This document shows, piece by piece, positions 33,791-34,730 of a stretch of 34,730 bases of DNA; the first letter of the stretch is position 1, and each line of letters opens with the position of its first letter. The notes beneath the pieces are model-generated. The model did no database searches. It was not told the DNA's origin and saw nothing but the letters and a program-made list of their open reading frames with translations. This DNA comes from Nemertoderma westbladi (Eukaryota; Animalia; Xenacoelomorpha): assembly GCA_032718475.1 (NCBI GenBank), contig JAUCBJ010000305.1, forward strand, positions 1 to 34,730, read 5' to 3'. Position numbers and translations under genes: made by a program.

Positions 33791-34730
33791 AACAAATCAT
33801 ATTTAAAAAATTAAATGTTAATTATAATTATAGCTGAGTGAGCTTAATTTATTAAACTGTAATAATAAATCAATAGGCCTAGGCGCTACAAAAGTACAAT
33901 TTAAAAACTGAAACAATAAATAGTTTGTAATAACAGTTAATGTGAAGTTTTCAAATCGAAATCGAATCGAAAGTTTTGTAGTAATGCTGTCCCTGCACCC
34001 TGCCCCTTCAAATGAAAACTGGGGACCTCCCAATAATAAGAATTCCAATCTTTAGTCCTCGGCTGTTGAAATCCACCATCCGTACAGCAGTACAGACAAA
34101 TAAGTCAATCCCCCACCTGTCAGTGCTGGTTTAAGGGGACTTCCTGGTCCTGGCAGACTTGAATTCTGTAATTGGTAGGTCTAATCACTAATGCAGTAAT
34201 GTGTGAATCCAGAGGGTAAAGACGAACTCGCATTCAGCTGTTCAGGTAGATATGCTTTATTTATGAGTTCAGGTTAAATAAATCACAAAACCAACTGAAA
34301 ACTATAAAACCCAAAATATAAGCTACTGTACAGTGCAGTAGGCCTGCAGTAACTACACTACAGTAATATAGAGATAGGCCTTGCAGTACAGCAGTATAAC
34401 AATACATATACACAATAAACATTGAATACAGGCATGCCAGACAGCCAGAATGAGTATTGTACAACATACCATCGGCCTACTGTATGCCATTTACATGTGG
34501 AAAATTCCTCCATTACCGCGAATTTTAAAATTAGCCAATCATCAATCTCAGATTAGATAATAGAAGTGACAGCGTCTATCGCATAATGTTTATTTTATGT
34601 GGCAAAATAACATTGTTCTGATATGTAACAAATCATGTTCTTAAAATGTTAGAACTAAACACTTATAAAACATTTTTGACTAATGTTTATGTTCTCACAT
34701 TAAAATAACATTTTTTTAACATCAACAGTT

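Overview
Eukaryotic, probably invertebrate-animal, AT-rich genomic DNA with one clear host gene: an intronless protein phosphatase 1 catalytic subunit of the PP1-beta type (8711-9691, minus strand). It has a putative ~1.75 kb 3' UTR and a branch point plus splice acceptor 9 nt upstream of its ATG. Most of the rest is nested transposable elements, many of whose termini and target-site duplications (TSDs) I could read directly. These include a decayed RTE-clade LINE preceded by a 75-bp tandem array and interrupted by a Sola1-like MITE, plus two further RTE remnants. A 7.2 kb CAGTC-ended element with a 5-bp TSD (hAT5-like) holds a CR1 remnant, a Helentron/HINE-like element carrying satellites, and a second CAGTC/5-bp-TSD element. 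An 8.8 kb Mutator-like foldback (9-bp TSD, ~1.8 kb arms) sits in the terminal 9 bp of a Sola2-like element and itself contains a Tc1-like (DD36E-spaced) element and a hAT MITE. Short TA-bounded palindromes (TAGGCCTA, TACCGGTA) are strongly over-represented and may be transposon excision footprints. I found no convincing novel multi-gene system. Superfamily names are inferred from TSD and terminus rules, not database searches, and coordinates were counted by hand.
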